From the human T2T-CHM13v2.0 reference genome, Homo sapiens: DNA of 64,000 bases. Of the stretch, positions 14,289 through 29,350 are shown piece after piece. Numbering within the stretch: position 1 is the first letter of the stretch; each line of letters starts with the position of its first letter. Under the pieces are notes generated by a model. That model worked only from the letters and a program-made list of their open reading frames with translations. It ran no database searches and was not told the origin of the DNA. The DNA is taken from the NCBI RefSeq assembly GCF_009914755.1, contig NC_060938.1, one strand, 5' to 3'. Position numbers and translations under genes: made by a program.

Positions 14289-15311
14289 CTACAGCCCTGA
14301 AATGGATGTGGTTCTGTGTATAACCTGGAGCTACACACAGAATCCATCAATTTGTTCTGCAGCTTTCCAGTGTGAACCCAGGAGGTCACATTGCAAGACT
14401 CCTCAGCCATCTCAGCCCCAGCTTGCTTAGGAAACAGAGGCCAAGTTGGGGCCAGGCACTGAAGCTCACTTAAGTCAGCTGAAGTAAGAAGGGGCCAGTC
14501 ACTCTGAGGACACAATGCTGTCTCACGGCACCACGACAGCTTGACAACATGATGGATGGATAGGAGATCGAAGAGGGCAGAGTCAGGGCAACCACACTTG
14601 ACTGGGGAAGAGGTGGGGACTCCACACTCTTTGGAAGTGTGGAGAAAAAAAATGACATAAAACCAGGTGCTGTAGCACATGCCTGTAATCCCAGGTACTT
14701 AGGAGGCTGAGGCAGGCAGACCAGTTGAGCCCAAGAGTTTGAGACTAGGAACTGAAGTCCTTTATCTGCATGTCCCTTGAAGACCAGCTTATTAGGCTCC
14801 ATATACATGGTGGGAAGCTGGCAGCCACAGCACCATGCTCACGTTTCACGGGGCTAGCCACCAACGCGAGGCAAAATAACTCCTTTTCAGTATCAACTAC
14901 AAATTCCTAAGGAAGAAGCTGATTGGCTCAGCTTCATTCAAGTGCCCCCCCCCAGGCCCAGTCAACCATGGCCAGAGGCAATAAGTTACTTGGAATGAAA
15001 ATATAATTTTAGCAGATACATTCATCATCAAGCTCTTACTATGTGCTAGACACAGGCATTTTGTCAGTTGCATCCTCCAACAAGCAGGTAAAATTCTCCT
15101 CCCCATTTTACAGATGAGGAAACTGAGGCTTGGGCAGGTTAAGTTACTAATCCAGAGATGTAAAGCTAGAATTTGAGGCTGAGCAGCCTGACTTCAGAGC
15201 TCACACTCTTAGCTGTCAATGTAGACTGCCTCCATGGCTGCAGTCCATTGCAACCACACAGAAGGGAGCAAGGAGGAAGTTTCCAGAAAAAAAGGGGGCC
15301 AGGAAGACAGG

Positions 15312-15763
15312 TGCATTAGTCGGGGTTCTCTAGATGGACAGAACTAATAGGATAGAGATATATATATATATAAAGGGGAGTTTATTAAGCATTAACTCAC
15401 ATGATTGCAAGGTCCCACAATAGGCCGTCTGCAAGCTGAGGAGCAAGGAGAGCCAGTCTGAGTCCCAAAACTGAAGGACTTGGAGTCCGATGTTCGAGGG
15501 CAGGAAGCATCCAGCATGGGAGAAAGATGTAGCCTGGGAGGCTAGGCCAGTCTAATCTTTTCACGTTTTTCTGCCTGCTTTATATTCTAGCCGAGCTGGC
15601 AGCTGATTAGATTGTGCCCACCCAGACTAAGGGTGGGTCTGCCTTTCCCAGCCCACTGACTCAAATGTTAATCTCCTTTGGCAACACCCTCACAGACACA
15701 CCCAGGATCAATGCTTTGCATCCTTCAATCCAATCAAGTTGACACTCAGTATTAACCATCACA
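15312..15763 (-). mobile_element. MLT2A (HERV-L) solo LTR, copy 1
   Basis: Reverse complement starts TGTGATGGTTAATACTGAGTGTCAACTTGATTGGATTGAAGG; 5-bp TSD ACAGG at 15307-15311 and 15764-15768. Confidence 0.92.
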
Positions 15764-16026
15764 ACAGGCCCGTAGTTAACCACTAACGCCACTCAGGGGA
15801 TTAATTACGTTATTTTAATTTACACTCATATGGCACTCGATGTGGCCATGCACTGGTCTAACAACCCAAAAGATAAGTGCTATTACCATCCTGTTTTATA
15901 GATGAGGAAACTGAGGCATGGAGATATTAGGCCACTCAATGCAGCCGGGGCAGAGCTGGAATGAGATTCCAGGTCTCTTGAACTGAGCACTGGAATCCCT
16001 TTCCCTGCCACCAGGTTGTCTGTTAG

Positions 16027-16028
<2 letters not shown>

Positions 16029-16065
<37 letters not shown>

Positions 16066-16076
16066 TGCATGTGCAT
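16029..16076. repeat. (GT)16 microsatellite extended by further alternating purine-pyrimidine bases
   Basis: Directly visible: (gt)16 then gcgcgtgcatgtgcat. Confidence 0.95.
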
Positions 16077-17302
16077 CATATGTGTGCATATGTGTAAGCA
16101 TCACAGTCACAACTATGGTGCTCAGCCCCACGTGAGTTTTCTTGGCAATTCCCTGCCCACTCGCCTGAGCCTACCCCTCTTACTCCTTCTGAGTTTGTTT
16201 TACTTTGTCATTAGCATGGCCTTGGGCTTTGAAAGCAAATTTCATTACAAAAATGACAGCTGGCAGCCCTCACAAATTCCTTTTCGCTTTGAAATGGATG
16301 ATCCAGGGCTGTGACTAAGAAGGACCCTGTTTGCCTTGGTGTATGCACATGAGCAAGGCAGGTCCTGGTTCAGAGGGCATCCACACCCCCATCCCTAGCT
16401 TGGGTGCTGAAACCTCTGGCTAGGGCTCAGTTCTAAGTCTTGACATTGCTCCTAACTTCTGGGCCAACACTGAGTTGTGTTCACTCCGGAGCTAAACTGG
16501 AAGGTGCCATTTTGGATTTTATTATATCCTGATTCTGAGTCACAGCCCCAAAAGGCCTGATCAAGGAGTTGATCAGTCAGGAACTGTGATTTGCCCTCCT
16601 GCTGACAGTTGCAAACTTTATCACTTTGGTCAAGTCAGCTCACCTTCCTGAACCGCTGTTTGCTGATCTGGGAAAAGGGAAGAAGAAGAATAACTCCTTC
16701 TGGGGATCCTCAAAGGGCTCAAAGGAGAAAAGGCTGTGAAGGCGTGTGCTGCTGCAAAGAATAGCCGGCTATTAACATTACTGCCACCTCAGTCAAGTTT
16801 TCCAGGGGGACGGGGGTCATCAGCAGGGATAGTCCATGTGGCAGGCAGGTCAGGGTTGAGCCTGTACCAATGCCTCCCACAGGGAAGATTTGTCATGCCA
16901 GTACCTGAGCCTTGTCGTTCCTGTGTGCAGCTTTGGGAGTGAGGGACACTGCCTTCATTGTCAGTGCAGTAATCAGTAATAACAGAAAGGTTCCTGGTGG
17001 TCCCACAGCCCCGCCCAGCAGGTGGGTTTATTCCCCACCAATGTCCCCTTGAATTTCTCCCCTTGGCCTGTCAGTGGGCTTCCCTGGCCACAGTCTTTTG
17101 TTGGTCATTTAACAAAGATGGATTTCAGGGACCACGAAATATTGATTAAGTCACATCTCTAAATTACTCTGCTGTCTTCTACAAAACACTGGTGATGGTT
17201 TTTACGGGCAAGCTCCTGCAAACAGAGCTTTCCACTTCAGAGAACGGGCTTCATTCCCCTTCTAAACTCAGGGGTCAGCCTCTCATGTTGCTCAACAAAT
17301 GT

Positions 17303-17592
17303 TGGATGCATGACGGATGGATGATGAAGGATGATGGATGGATGGATGGATGGATAGATGGATGGATGGATGGATAGATGGATGGATGGTGGATGGATGG
17401 ATAGATGGATGGATGGATGAATGGATGGATGGATGGATGGTGGATGGATGGATAGATGGATGGATGGATGGATGGATGGATGGAAAGAAGGAGGTGTGGA
17501 GTGAGGGAGGAAAGGAGGGACAAAAGGAAGGAGAGAAAGATGATGGATGGATAGATGGAGGAAGGGAGGGATAAAAGGATGGATAGATGGAG
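17303..17592. repeat. (GGAT)n simple repeat grading into a GGAA/GGAG-rich tract
   Basis: Directly visible tandem ggat/ggatag units. Confidence 0.95.
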
Positions 17593-18981
17593 ATTCAATT
17601 CATGAAAGAGTACAGGTTCTGTTTTTCTTTGTTCTGGTCTTCAGGAAGAAACGTCACTTTTTTAAGTGTGCAGATATTAACTTAACAGATGTTTGTTGAG
17701 CATCTGCTATATGCTGGGTAAATGGGAGCATAGCAATAAATGAGACACCATTCCTGCCTTCGAGGAGCTTACTACAATCTTGTGGAAAAGAGGTTCAAGA
17801 GACAGAGAATTACAGTACAGTCTACCAAATTTAATTATAGAGGAGGACACATGATACATGGTCCCAGGGTTGCTCACTGGAGACACTGATCCAGCTGGAG
17901 GGGCATCAGAGAAATCTTCCTGGGGGAAGGGGAATCTACTGAAATTCATGAAGGGGTTTACAGATTGAAGCTTCACAAATTGTCTTGACTCAGCACTTAA
18001 CATCTATATCCATTCTTGACTATACATTTTTAAATCATGTTCTTGCTCTTTATTGTTTGTTTCTCTGTGTTTTATGAAGATGTTGATTCCCTTGGGACTT
18101 CTGTAGCGAATAAACTTGACCATTTTCTTTAACTACAATATTCCCCACCCCCCTGCATGCTGGCCTGAGAGTTGAGAAACCTGCTTTAAGTTCCAACTCT
18201 GCCATTGACCTGCTGTGTGGCCTTGGGCAAGGGGCTCTGCCTGCATGGGCTGGAGTTTCCTCATCTGTAAAATGACTCAGTGAGCCCTAAAGTCATTTCC
18301 ACTTGCAGTCAAGCCTTACAGTGTGAAGCTGGTTAGTAAATGCAAGATCTGCCCCAGGGTTGCCAGTCAGTCTCACTCTGACTGGCAAAACAGCCTTTTT
18401 CCAAGTCACACTGGGCCTTTCTAATCCTGTAATCAACACAATACTTTATACGGCCTCAGGCTTGTGGCTCAACAGGGATGAACCAGGCCAGGGTGACAGG
18501 GACCCTTTCTTCCAATTGCTTTCAGGCAGCATTGAGATGTAAAAATCCTGTAGTGTAGAGTAGGGACAAGTCCATATGCACAGGTTCCACTGCTAATTTT
18601 GCTTTGACCCTGCAGAAACTCCTATACATTCCTTACACACGTCCCAGACATCACCTCCACTGGGAAGCCTTCCAGGATCACCTCTTGTCCACCCATGTAG
18701 CCACCCCCAGCATCACTCCCTTCTCTGCCTCCACCCATTGCAGGCTGACCTCCAGTCTGGCACTGTCACCCTCATCCACTCTCAGCCCCGTGGGTGCCAG
18801 GGCTGTTTCTTCTTCAACTCTATGTGCCCAGAGTCTGGCACGAGCACCAGGGTCTAACAGGGGCTTAGTAAAGTGGTGGAATGGTTGAAAGAACAAATGA
18901 CCAAATGACCGAATGAATTAAATGATGACCCCTTTGCCCTCTAACTGGAAATCTATGCCGGACGCCCCTCTCTGAGCCTCA

Positions 18982-19353
<372 letters not shown>

Positions 19354-21005
19354 CTACAGTTTGATTTAAATTTGTCAGGCTGGGATATCCCTAACCCCTG
19401 GCTATGCCCATCACCCCTCCTGTCACCCCCGCCATCCCCTCGCACAGACACCAGCTGCCCGGTATTTGGTGTCCCTGGCCTCTTGGGTTTAGTGAGGTAA
19501 TTGTCACCGTGACTGTATTCCTTATTTCCCAGATGTCAGAGTGTGTATCTGTGTGTGTTTGAAGGGTGGGCAGGTTCCTGGAGAAGCCATCAGCTCTTCA
19601 TGGGGAGGGACTTCCTTTTCCTTGTGTCTTCCTTGGCTCTGTGCCCTGCTCCAGATGGCCCTCACACCCTAGGCCTTGGGTTGGGCTCTGGAACAAGTGA
19701 AGACTGATAGGGGTTGGGAAGGGGAGTAGTTCCAAATGGCTCCAAGAAAACCAGGAGAGGCTTCCTGGAGGAGGCAGCATTTGAGATTGATCTTGAGGGA
19801 GGGAGGGAGGCCTGGAATGCACGGGTGGGGAGTATGCAGGTACTTCTTTAGGTACTGGGGAGCCACAGCAGACTTTTTGAACTGAGAAATGACTTGACCA
19901 CAGCTGCAGTTTGGAAAGACCCATCTGGCATCAAGGTGAGGGTGGGCAGGAGCCAGCCTGGAAGAGGAGGAAACAGCAGCTGGGGAGCTGTTGCAGGGGG
20001 GTTAAGTGAAAAGCCTCAAGTGATAAGTTCGATTTTTTTCTCATTGTTTTTTTTAAGCAAATCTTGCCTGGCTGCCACAGGACCTGCTGGCTTAATAACT
20101 CCTGAGTTGAGGTTTGACAGGTGGATGCTAGGCTCATACACCTTCCTTGTTCTGCCAAGACCCAGCCTATTTCAGCAGAAAGGGAGTCAGTGCCAGGAGC
20201 TCTGGGGATATTGGACACCCGCCAAGGCCAGGAACTGCCAGGCTGCAGCGTGTGCCTTGTGGATCTGGATTTCATTTTGACACAAACCCCAGATCGTGCT
20301 GCTAAGGCTTGGACCCCACACCCATCTCTCTGTTTGTTGTCTCTGAGGAAACAGGAAGACTTTATGGTTCTGATGACATGTTGGCCTTGAGGAGGGGGGC
20401 ATCTTCAGGAATCCCATGCCCAGATGGGATCTGTAATTGGACAGCTCTTGCCCAGGGAACATCCAAACCAACCACCAGTTCATCCTCAGCTGAAAGAAGA
20501 AGCCCTCCTCCACTCTCTTTCAGCCAACAGCTCCCTTGGAACTTTGGGGGAACTTAGGAAAGGACAGGAGAAGAATCCTGGGGCAAAGAATAATATAATG
20601 TCTTGCCCACGGTCAGTAACTTTCAGGAGACATCACTCCCAGAAAGCTCCTCAAAGCCTGCTGAGGACATCCCTATCCAGCAGCCTGAATTTCCAGGCCT
20701 TGCCAGCCCCTTCTTCCTTCTTTCAAAATAACTTATCCCACCAGGTTGCCCATGGCTCTGTTTTAACCCAGATGCAGACTTGCTTGCTTCTGCTGCCATG
20801 GGGGCCTGTGCAGGGCCCACCCGGTGTTGCCACATTGGGTCTTCTCACAGCTATCTCAGGAAGCAGACAAGGAGGTTGAGGCTCGAAGCAGTGCAGTGAC
20901 TCTCCTGGGGCTTCTGGTGCCCTTAGAGAGGAGAGCTGGGGCTTGTGACTCAGGGGCGGGGTTCTTCCAGTCCTGTCCCTGCTATTTCCCTCCTTTCTGC
21001 TCCAG

Positions 21006-21175
21006 GAACTAGCGTGGAACTGCTGATCCCTTTTTGTGGAGGAATTGAAATGCCAATTGTGTAACAAAGCTAAGGAATTATTTCCAGGGATCCCTGTTCT
21101 GCCCCGGAGGCTGCCATAATTCCCCATTGTGCTGGTGATTGTGAAGTCCTCAGCCTTGTCTTTTGGAGCTTTCAG
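21006..21175 (+). other. Candidate non-coding internal exon (170 nt)
   Basis: Long polypyrimidine tract ending ctccag at 21005; CAG|GTAAGG donor at 21175/21176; stops in all three frames; non-repeat sequence. Confidence 0.35.
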
Positions 21176-23174
21176 GTAAGGTGTCCCATTCCCACACACA
21201 TGCCTGGCTTCCTGTCCCACCAGCCATGCCCTGTCTGTCTGTCACAGGCCTGTACAAATGCCACTTCCTCTGGGACACTTTCAGAACCATTCCTGACAAA
21301 GCGATTTCCTTCTTGAATACCATTCCTATGCCACTGAGGTGAAGAACGCACTAAGCACACGCCACAGCCTTCTGCACGTTCCCTACAAGGCAGACGGGAT
21401 GCGGATAAGAGAGGGGGCGCAGAGAGTGAAAATGGTGAGCCAGAGTAGAGCCATCTTTGTCCCAAACATCTCAGCACTCTGTGCCATGCAGCCAGCCCCC
21501 TGCCCTGCCTGGACTTCTGTTTCTTATCCTACCCCTCTGGCTTTAGGCTTATGACCTGAGTCTCCCACCTGGCCTCTTCCTTACCCGGGTGCCTTGTAAT
21601 ATACACCAGCTACTATGCTTTCCTCATACGATGCCATTTCATCTTCACAATAACCATAGGGTGGTAGATATCCCTAGTCCCATTTAACAGATGGGGAAAC
21701 TGAGGCTCTGACAGGCCATTTGACTTGTCTATGGTGACTTGCCCAAAATCGCATAGCTAGAAGGACAGAACAAGAATTCATTCATTCATTCATATTTACT
21801 GAGTGCCTGATATGTGTTGAACAAAACACATTTGGTCCCTGCTGTCCTGAAACTGATCCAGAGCCTGGATTTGGACCCCGCAAGGGAGCGCAGGCTTCCA
21901 ACCTGAGGCTGGGAGACAAAAGGACCACGTGCCTCCTTGAGCGTGACTCTGGCTTCTTCCAGTGAAATATGGAGATTCATGTTTCCTTTCTGTGTCGTGG
22001 ACACCCAATCCGTCTCGTTTTCTGGCATTCAGGGCCACCAGTGGCTCGGGCTGCAATCCGTTGGAGTCATCCTTCCTTCTGTTTAATCTTTAAAATGAGA
22101 GCCGAAGCGCTGTTGATCACTTTCATGAGCTGCAGGAGATGATGGCAGCCTGATGGGGCTGTAATTTCCCAAGCTCCTCTCTTCTCTCCACTCCTGCAAA
22201 TTGATGGGACAGGGCTATTTGCCTTCAGGGTCTGTAGGCTGTCATCTCGGTCATGCAGCCCCAGTCGGCTCCCGGTTGATTTCCTCTCAACCTCTCCAGT
22301 CAGAGCCTGCAGGGGCAGGAGCAGGTCCATAGAGGAAGCCAGTCTGGTGCCAGCCATGCCAAAAACCTCTGTGTGTGCCGGCATTACTGTGGCCCGGGGT
22401 GGGGGATCCCAGAGGAACACACTGGGCTCTCTGAGGGCTAATGCCTGGAGGAGGGGGAGACAGTGTTGGGAAGACTTGGGAGGGGATGTCACTGTGGTCC
22501 AGAAACTACTCTGCAGCTTTGCTGGAGGTGGGGAGAGAAATGAAGGATCACATCAGCAGTGAGTTTATGATGAGTCACACACTGTGCTAGCCCTTTCCAG
22601 GTGGCATCTCATTTCACCTCCATAACGACTGTATGAAGAAGACATTCCTGACTTCGTTTTACAGACAAGGAAACTGAGACAGAGGTCAAGCACCTTGCCC
22701 AACATCACATAGTCATTAAGCAGCAGGGCTGAGATTTAGACCCTGAGCTGAGATTCAGCCCATGATCCTTCCACTGTACTGGTAAGGTGGTCCAGAAGCT
22801 TGGGGCTAATTCACACATATCAAAGTCCCAAGAGACTGATGTACAAACCGGAAAGTGGGGTTATTGGTTTATGGAACTGATCTACTTTCTCCAGGACCTA
22901 GAATATTCCTGGCCATCATGTTTAAGTCATCCATTGGTTTTCACTAGGCACAAAAACAGAGGGAGCAAAGTTACTCATTCTTGGGAATTATTTCACTGAG
23001 GCTGCAAAAAAGCCTGGTGAATTCTCCCAATCCCCATGCATGAGGTTGTGTGCCTGAGGGCCCTGTAGTGGGTGGGTGGGTGGCTTTTGCCAGCTGCTGG
23101 AGGAACACTGATAAATCTCACTACCTTGGTTTCCTTTTTTTCTTCTTCTGTAGATTCCTTCTAGAACTCCATTC

Positions 23175-24120
23175 TGGTTATCAGTTGCTATATAGCAAAA
23201 TAACCCAAAACTTAGTGACGCAAAATACCCATCATTGTTGCATGCACAAATTCTGTGGATCAGGAATTAGGGCACAGAGGAGATGGTTTGTCTCCATGAT
23301 GTCTGGGGCCTCATGTAGGAAGACCCAAAGGGTGGGGCTGACTCAAATGGCTGTGATCTAGAATCATCTGGAAGCTTCTTCACTCATGCATCTTGTGCCT
23401 GGGCTGGGACACCTATTGGGATCTCTCTCTCTTTCTACAGGTCTCAGGGCCTCCATGTGGTATCACCACATGGCCTCACCAGCACTGTGACTTCGGGCTT
23501 CAGGGTATTTTGGCAAATAATGATGGCTCAGGGGTCCCAGAGCAAACAGTGAAAGATGCATGGCCTTCTCTGAGCCAGCCTCCAAAATTACATGATGTCA
23601 CTTCTGCCCTACTGGATGGGATTAAAGCCATGGCAAGTCCACCCAGATTCCAGGTGAGAGAACATGCACCCTGTATTAGTCTGTTCTCATGCTGCTATGA
23701 AGAAATACCTGAGACTGGGTAATTTATAAAGAAAAGAGGTTTAATTGACTCACAGTCCTGCATGGCAGGGGAGGCTTCAGGGAACTTACAATCGTGGCAG
23801 AAGGGGAAGCAATCATGTCCTTCTTCACATGGTGGCAGGAGAGAGAAGTGCAGAGTGAAAGAGTGAAGCAGGGAAAAGTCCCTTATAAAACCATCAGATC
23901 TCCTAAGAGCTCACTCACTATCATTAGAACAGCATGGGGGAACTGCCCCCATGATCTAATCACCTCACATAAGGTCCCCCCCACAACATGTGGGGATTAA
24001 AATTTGGATTACAATTCAAGATGAGATTTTGGGTGCAGACACAGCCAAACCATATCAGGCCCATCTCTTGAAGGGAAGAATGTCAAGGAATTTGCAGCCA
24101 TGTTTCAAAACCTCTGCAAT
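23175..24120 (-). mobile_element. Old MLT1 (F/G/H-like) LTR interrupted by THE1D
   Basis: cccaaaacttagtg...ttctgtggatcaggaatt; resumes after 24057. Confidence 0.6.
23672..24057 (-). mobile_element. THE1D/MSTA-like solo LTR
   Basis: tgtattagtctgttctcatgctgctatgaagaaatacctgagactggg...acagccaaaccatatca. Confidence 0.88.
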
Positions 24121-24303
24121 TACCTGCATCATTTGCACACTTTCTTCAGAAGAAACACAGCTGGACTTGTTCCTATGTGAATTTCCTTTTCAAGACCCAG
24201 CCTACCTTTCAAGATGATAGTTAATAAAAAAAAAAGTATCAATTATCAGACAGTTACTTTGGCCTAGTGACTGCACTAACTACTTCACGTGAGGAATGTG
24301 CTA

Positions 24304-24669
24304 TGTCTTAGTCCATTCAAGCTCCTATAAGAAAATAACTTAAACTGGGTGGCTTGTAAACAACAAAAGTTTGTTTCTCACAGGCTGAAGGCTGAAGAAG
24401 TCCAAGATCAATGTACCAGTAGATTTGATGTCGGGTGAGGGTCCCACTTTTGGGTTCGTAGACAGTGCCTTCTTACGGTGTCCTCACATGGCAGCAGGAG
24501 CAAGGCAGTTCTCCAGGGTCCCTTTCATAAGGGCACAAATATCATTCACAGGGGCTCCACCTCTATGACTTAATCACCTGCCAAAGGTCCCACCTCCTAA
24601 TACCGTCACCTTATGGGGTGAAGATTTACATAGGAATGTCTAGGGGACACAAACATTCAGGCCATTGCA
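24304..24669 (-). mobile_element. MLT1A-type LTR inside a MIR
   Basis: tgtcttagtccattcaagc...aagtccaagatca...ggggacacaaacattcaggccattgca. Confidence 0.8.
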
Positions 24670-25063
24670 TGCGCTCCTGTTCCCCATTTTACAGGTGAGA
24701 AGCCAAGGCTTCCAGCAGGTCAATAGGTTGCCCCAATCACTCAGCAAGGAAATGTCAGAGGGAAGAGCAATACCCAGAGCTCCTCATCTCCAGAGCCTAC
24801 ACCCTTAATGCCCTGTGCCCTGGCCCACCACGCTGCCTGTGAGTCTGCTGTGTCTGGTTTTATTGGCAGGACCTGGCTGTTTCCCGCAAGTCCTCCAACA
24901 TCACTCAAGCTCCTGAATCTGTTAGAAGTTGTTTCCTCTCATTCTTACTCCCAGAAGGAAATCTTATCTCCATATTCTAGGGATACTCTCCTCTAGTGAT
25001 GGCTACAACTGGTATACATTTGGCAGCTTACTAGATGGTTTCACTATAAAAAATGTATTATGG

Positions 25064-25362
25064 GGCTGGGCGCAGTGGCTCATGCCTGTAATCCCAGCAC
25101 CTTGGGAGACCAAGGCGGGTGGATCACTTGAGGTCAGGAGTTCAATACCAGCCTGGCCAACATGAAGAAACCCTGTCTCTATGAAAAATATAAAAATTAG
25201 CCGAGCATGGTGGCGTGTGCTTATAATCCCAGCTACGTGGGAGACAGAGGCAGGAGAATCGCTTGAACCTGGGAGACAGAGGTTGGAGTGGGCCAAGATC
25301 GCACTGCTGTACTCCAGCCTGGGTGACAGAGTGAGATTCGGTCTCAAAAATTAAAAAAAAAA
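25064..25362 (+). mobile_element. AluS (Sx/Sz-like)
   Basis: Full dimer with A tail. Confidence 0.9.
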
Positions 25363-25389
25363 GCATTATGAAGCTGCAATAATTAAAAT

Positions 25390-26225
25390 TGAGAGCAACT
25401 CAAATTTATTTTCATCTGAGAACTGAATAAACAAACTGTGATAGAGTCATATAATGAAATATTACTCAATGATGAAAAAGTATGAAATAGTGGTACTCAC
25501 AACAGCGTGGGTGAACCTCAGATGCATTATGCCGAGAAAAACAAGCCTGACTCAAAAGCCTATATACCATAAACATACTGTAGGATTTCATTTATATAAC
25601 ATTCTGGAAGGTAAAACTATAGAGACAGAAAAAACTTCAGGACCTAGGGGTAGGAGTCAGCTATCAAAGAACTTGATAGACACAGTGGAATATTATTCAG
25701 CTGTAAAAGGAAGGGAATTCTGTCACATGTGACAACATGCGTGAGCCTCGAGGACATTATGCTAAGGGAAATTAGTCACAAAAGATAAATCTCATTTACA
25801 TGAGGTATCTAAAGTAGTCAAATTCATAGAAACAGAAAGTAAAATGACAGTTTCCAGGGAGCTGGGGTGAGGGGGAAAAAGGGAGTGGTTTAATGACATA
25901 GAGTTTCAGGTCTGCAAGATAGAAGGTTCTGGAGATCTGTTGCACAACACTGTGAATATTCTCAACACTACGGAACTGTATGTTTGAAAATCAAAAAGGT
26001 GGCATATTTAATGGTGTGTGTTTTTTAAAAATCACAGTTTAAAATAAAAAAAATTAATTGAAAACAAAGACATGACAGAGTGTTTTTGTGGTGACAGAAC
26101 TATTCTATATCTTGGTTATGGTGGTTTTCCAACTGTATGTGTTTGTCAAATTCGACCTGGCCACTAAGGCAGGAGAGTTTTGCTGTGTGTAAATTATACC
26201 TTGATAAAAGTGAATTTTAAAAAAG
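25390..26225 (+). mobile_element. L1M (MB/ME-type) 3' end fragments
   Basis: gaggacattatgctaag, aaattcatagaaacagaaagt, gttctggagatctgttgcacaac. Confidence 0.75.
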
Positions 26226-26446
26226 CAAAACCAGAAATGATCTGGTACAGGAATAGTCCACTCAAGCAATAATGTGTATTTCTCGAGTACTTGCTATGTG
26301 CCGGACACCATTCTAGGCACTAGTAGAACCAAGGCAACTTTCATGGAGTTTACATTTTTGTGAGAATGTAATAAAATGCAATGATCATACAGACTAATGG
26401 AATAAAAGAGATACTGGAGAAATAGACACACACACACATATATCCA

Positions 26447-26485
<39 letters not shown>

Positions 26486-26500
26486 GCATCTATCTATCCA
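26447..26500. repeat. (TATC)n / GATA tetranucleotide STR, preceded by a short (CA)n
   Basis: About 9 perfect TATC units, then interrupted units. Confidence 0.95.
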
Positions 26501-26548
26501 TATCAGTTTAATAGAGGATAGAGGTGGCATCACAAATTATAGATGAAA

Positions 26549-26846
<298 letters not shown>

Positions 26847-26864
26847 CACAAATTATAGATGAAA

Positions 26865-27545
26865 AATGGATTATTCCATTATTTCTAACTTTATGCTATA
26901 TACCCAAACAAATTCCACATAAAGATTACGATGTAAAAAAAAACCTTTGTGTTGAAAATGTAAAAAACATAAAGAATAAAGAACATATAAATATTTACGT
27001 AATCTTGGCCTGGGGAAGAGCTTTCTAAGTATAAAATCAAAGGCAAATGCATAGAAGAAAAGAGTAATCGATTTGACCACATATAAATTGAGCCACCTGA
27101 CATCAGAAACACTGTAAATAAAACTAAATGTCAAACCACTATGAGAAAATATTATTTGCAGCATGTATTGTAGAACAAGGATTAATATCCTTAATGCATA
27201 GTGTTATGAATTGAGAAGAAAAAGGCAAATAGTGTAATAAAAATGGTCAAAGGACATACAATCTGACACTTTAATTATTTTAGTTTTGTATTTCAACAAT
27301 TTACAAAACAAGTAATAAATATAGTGGCCAAAAACATAGGAAACGTATCCAACATCACTAAAAATCAAAGAAATGCAAAGCAAATCAAAGTATAATTTTT
27401 TCCTGTCAAACTGAAAACAAAATTTAAAATCATAACCTTCAGTGTTATTGAGATTTAGGAACTGGCATTTCCATGGCCTGCTGGTGTCAGTGTAAGTTGA
27501 TCGAGCCTTTCTGGAAGACAATGGAAGAATGCATATCAAAAGCCT
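26865..27545 (+). mobile_element. Old L1ME-like ORF2 3' remnant
   Basis: A-rich L1-like text (ggattaatatccttaat, caacatcacta...aaagaaatgcaaa, gcctttctggaagacaat). Confidence 0.6.
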
Positions 27546-27549
27546 TCAG

Positions 27550-28463
<914 letters not shown>

Positions 28464-28599
28464 GTCTGTATCTAGAAATTCTACTTCTAGGAACTTATTT
28501 TAAGAAAACAATCATGGATGTGTTAAAAAAAAATGTGACCTAATTTATTAATAGCAAAAATGTCAACCAAAATACCCTAAAAGCCTGACAATGTGAGTA

Positions 28600-29350
<751 letters not shown>

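Noticed and set aside
17275-17598. MDGW and HPSI repeat proteins (also 53753-54082)
   Set aside because: Translations of (GGAT)n and (CCAT)n simple repeats.
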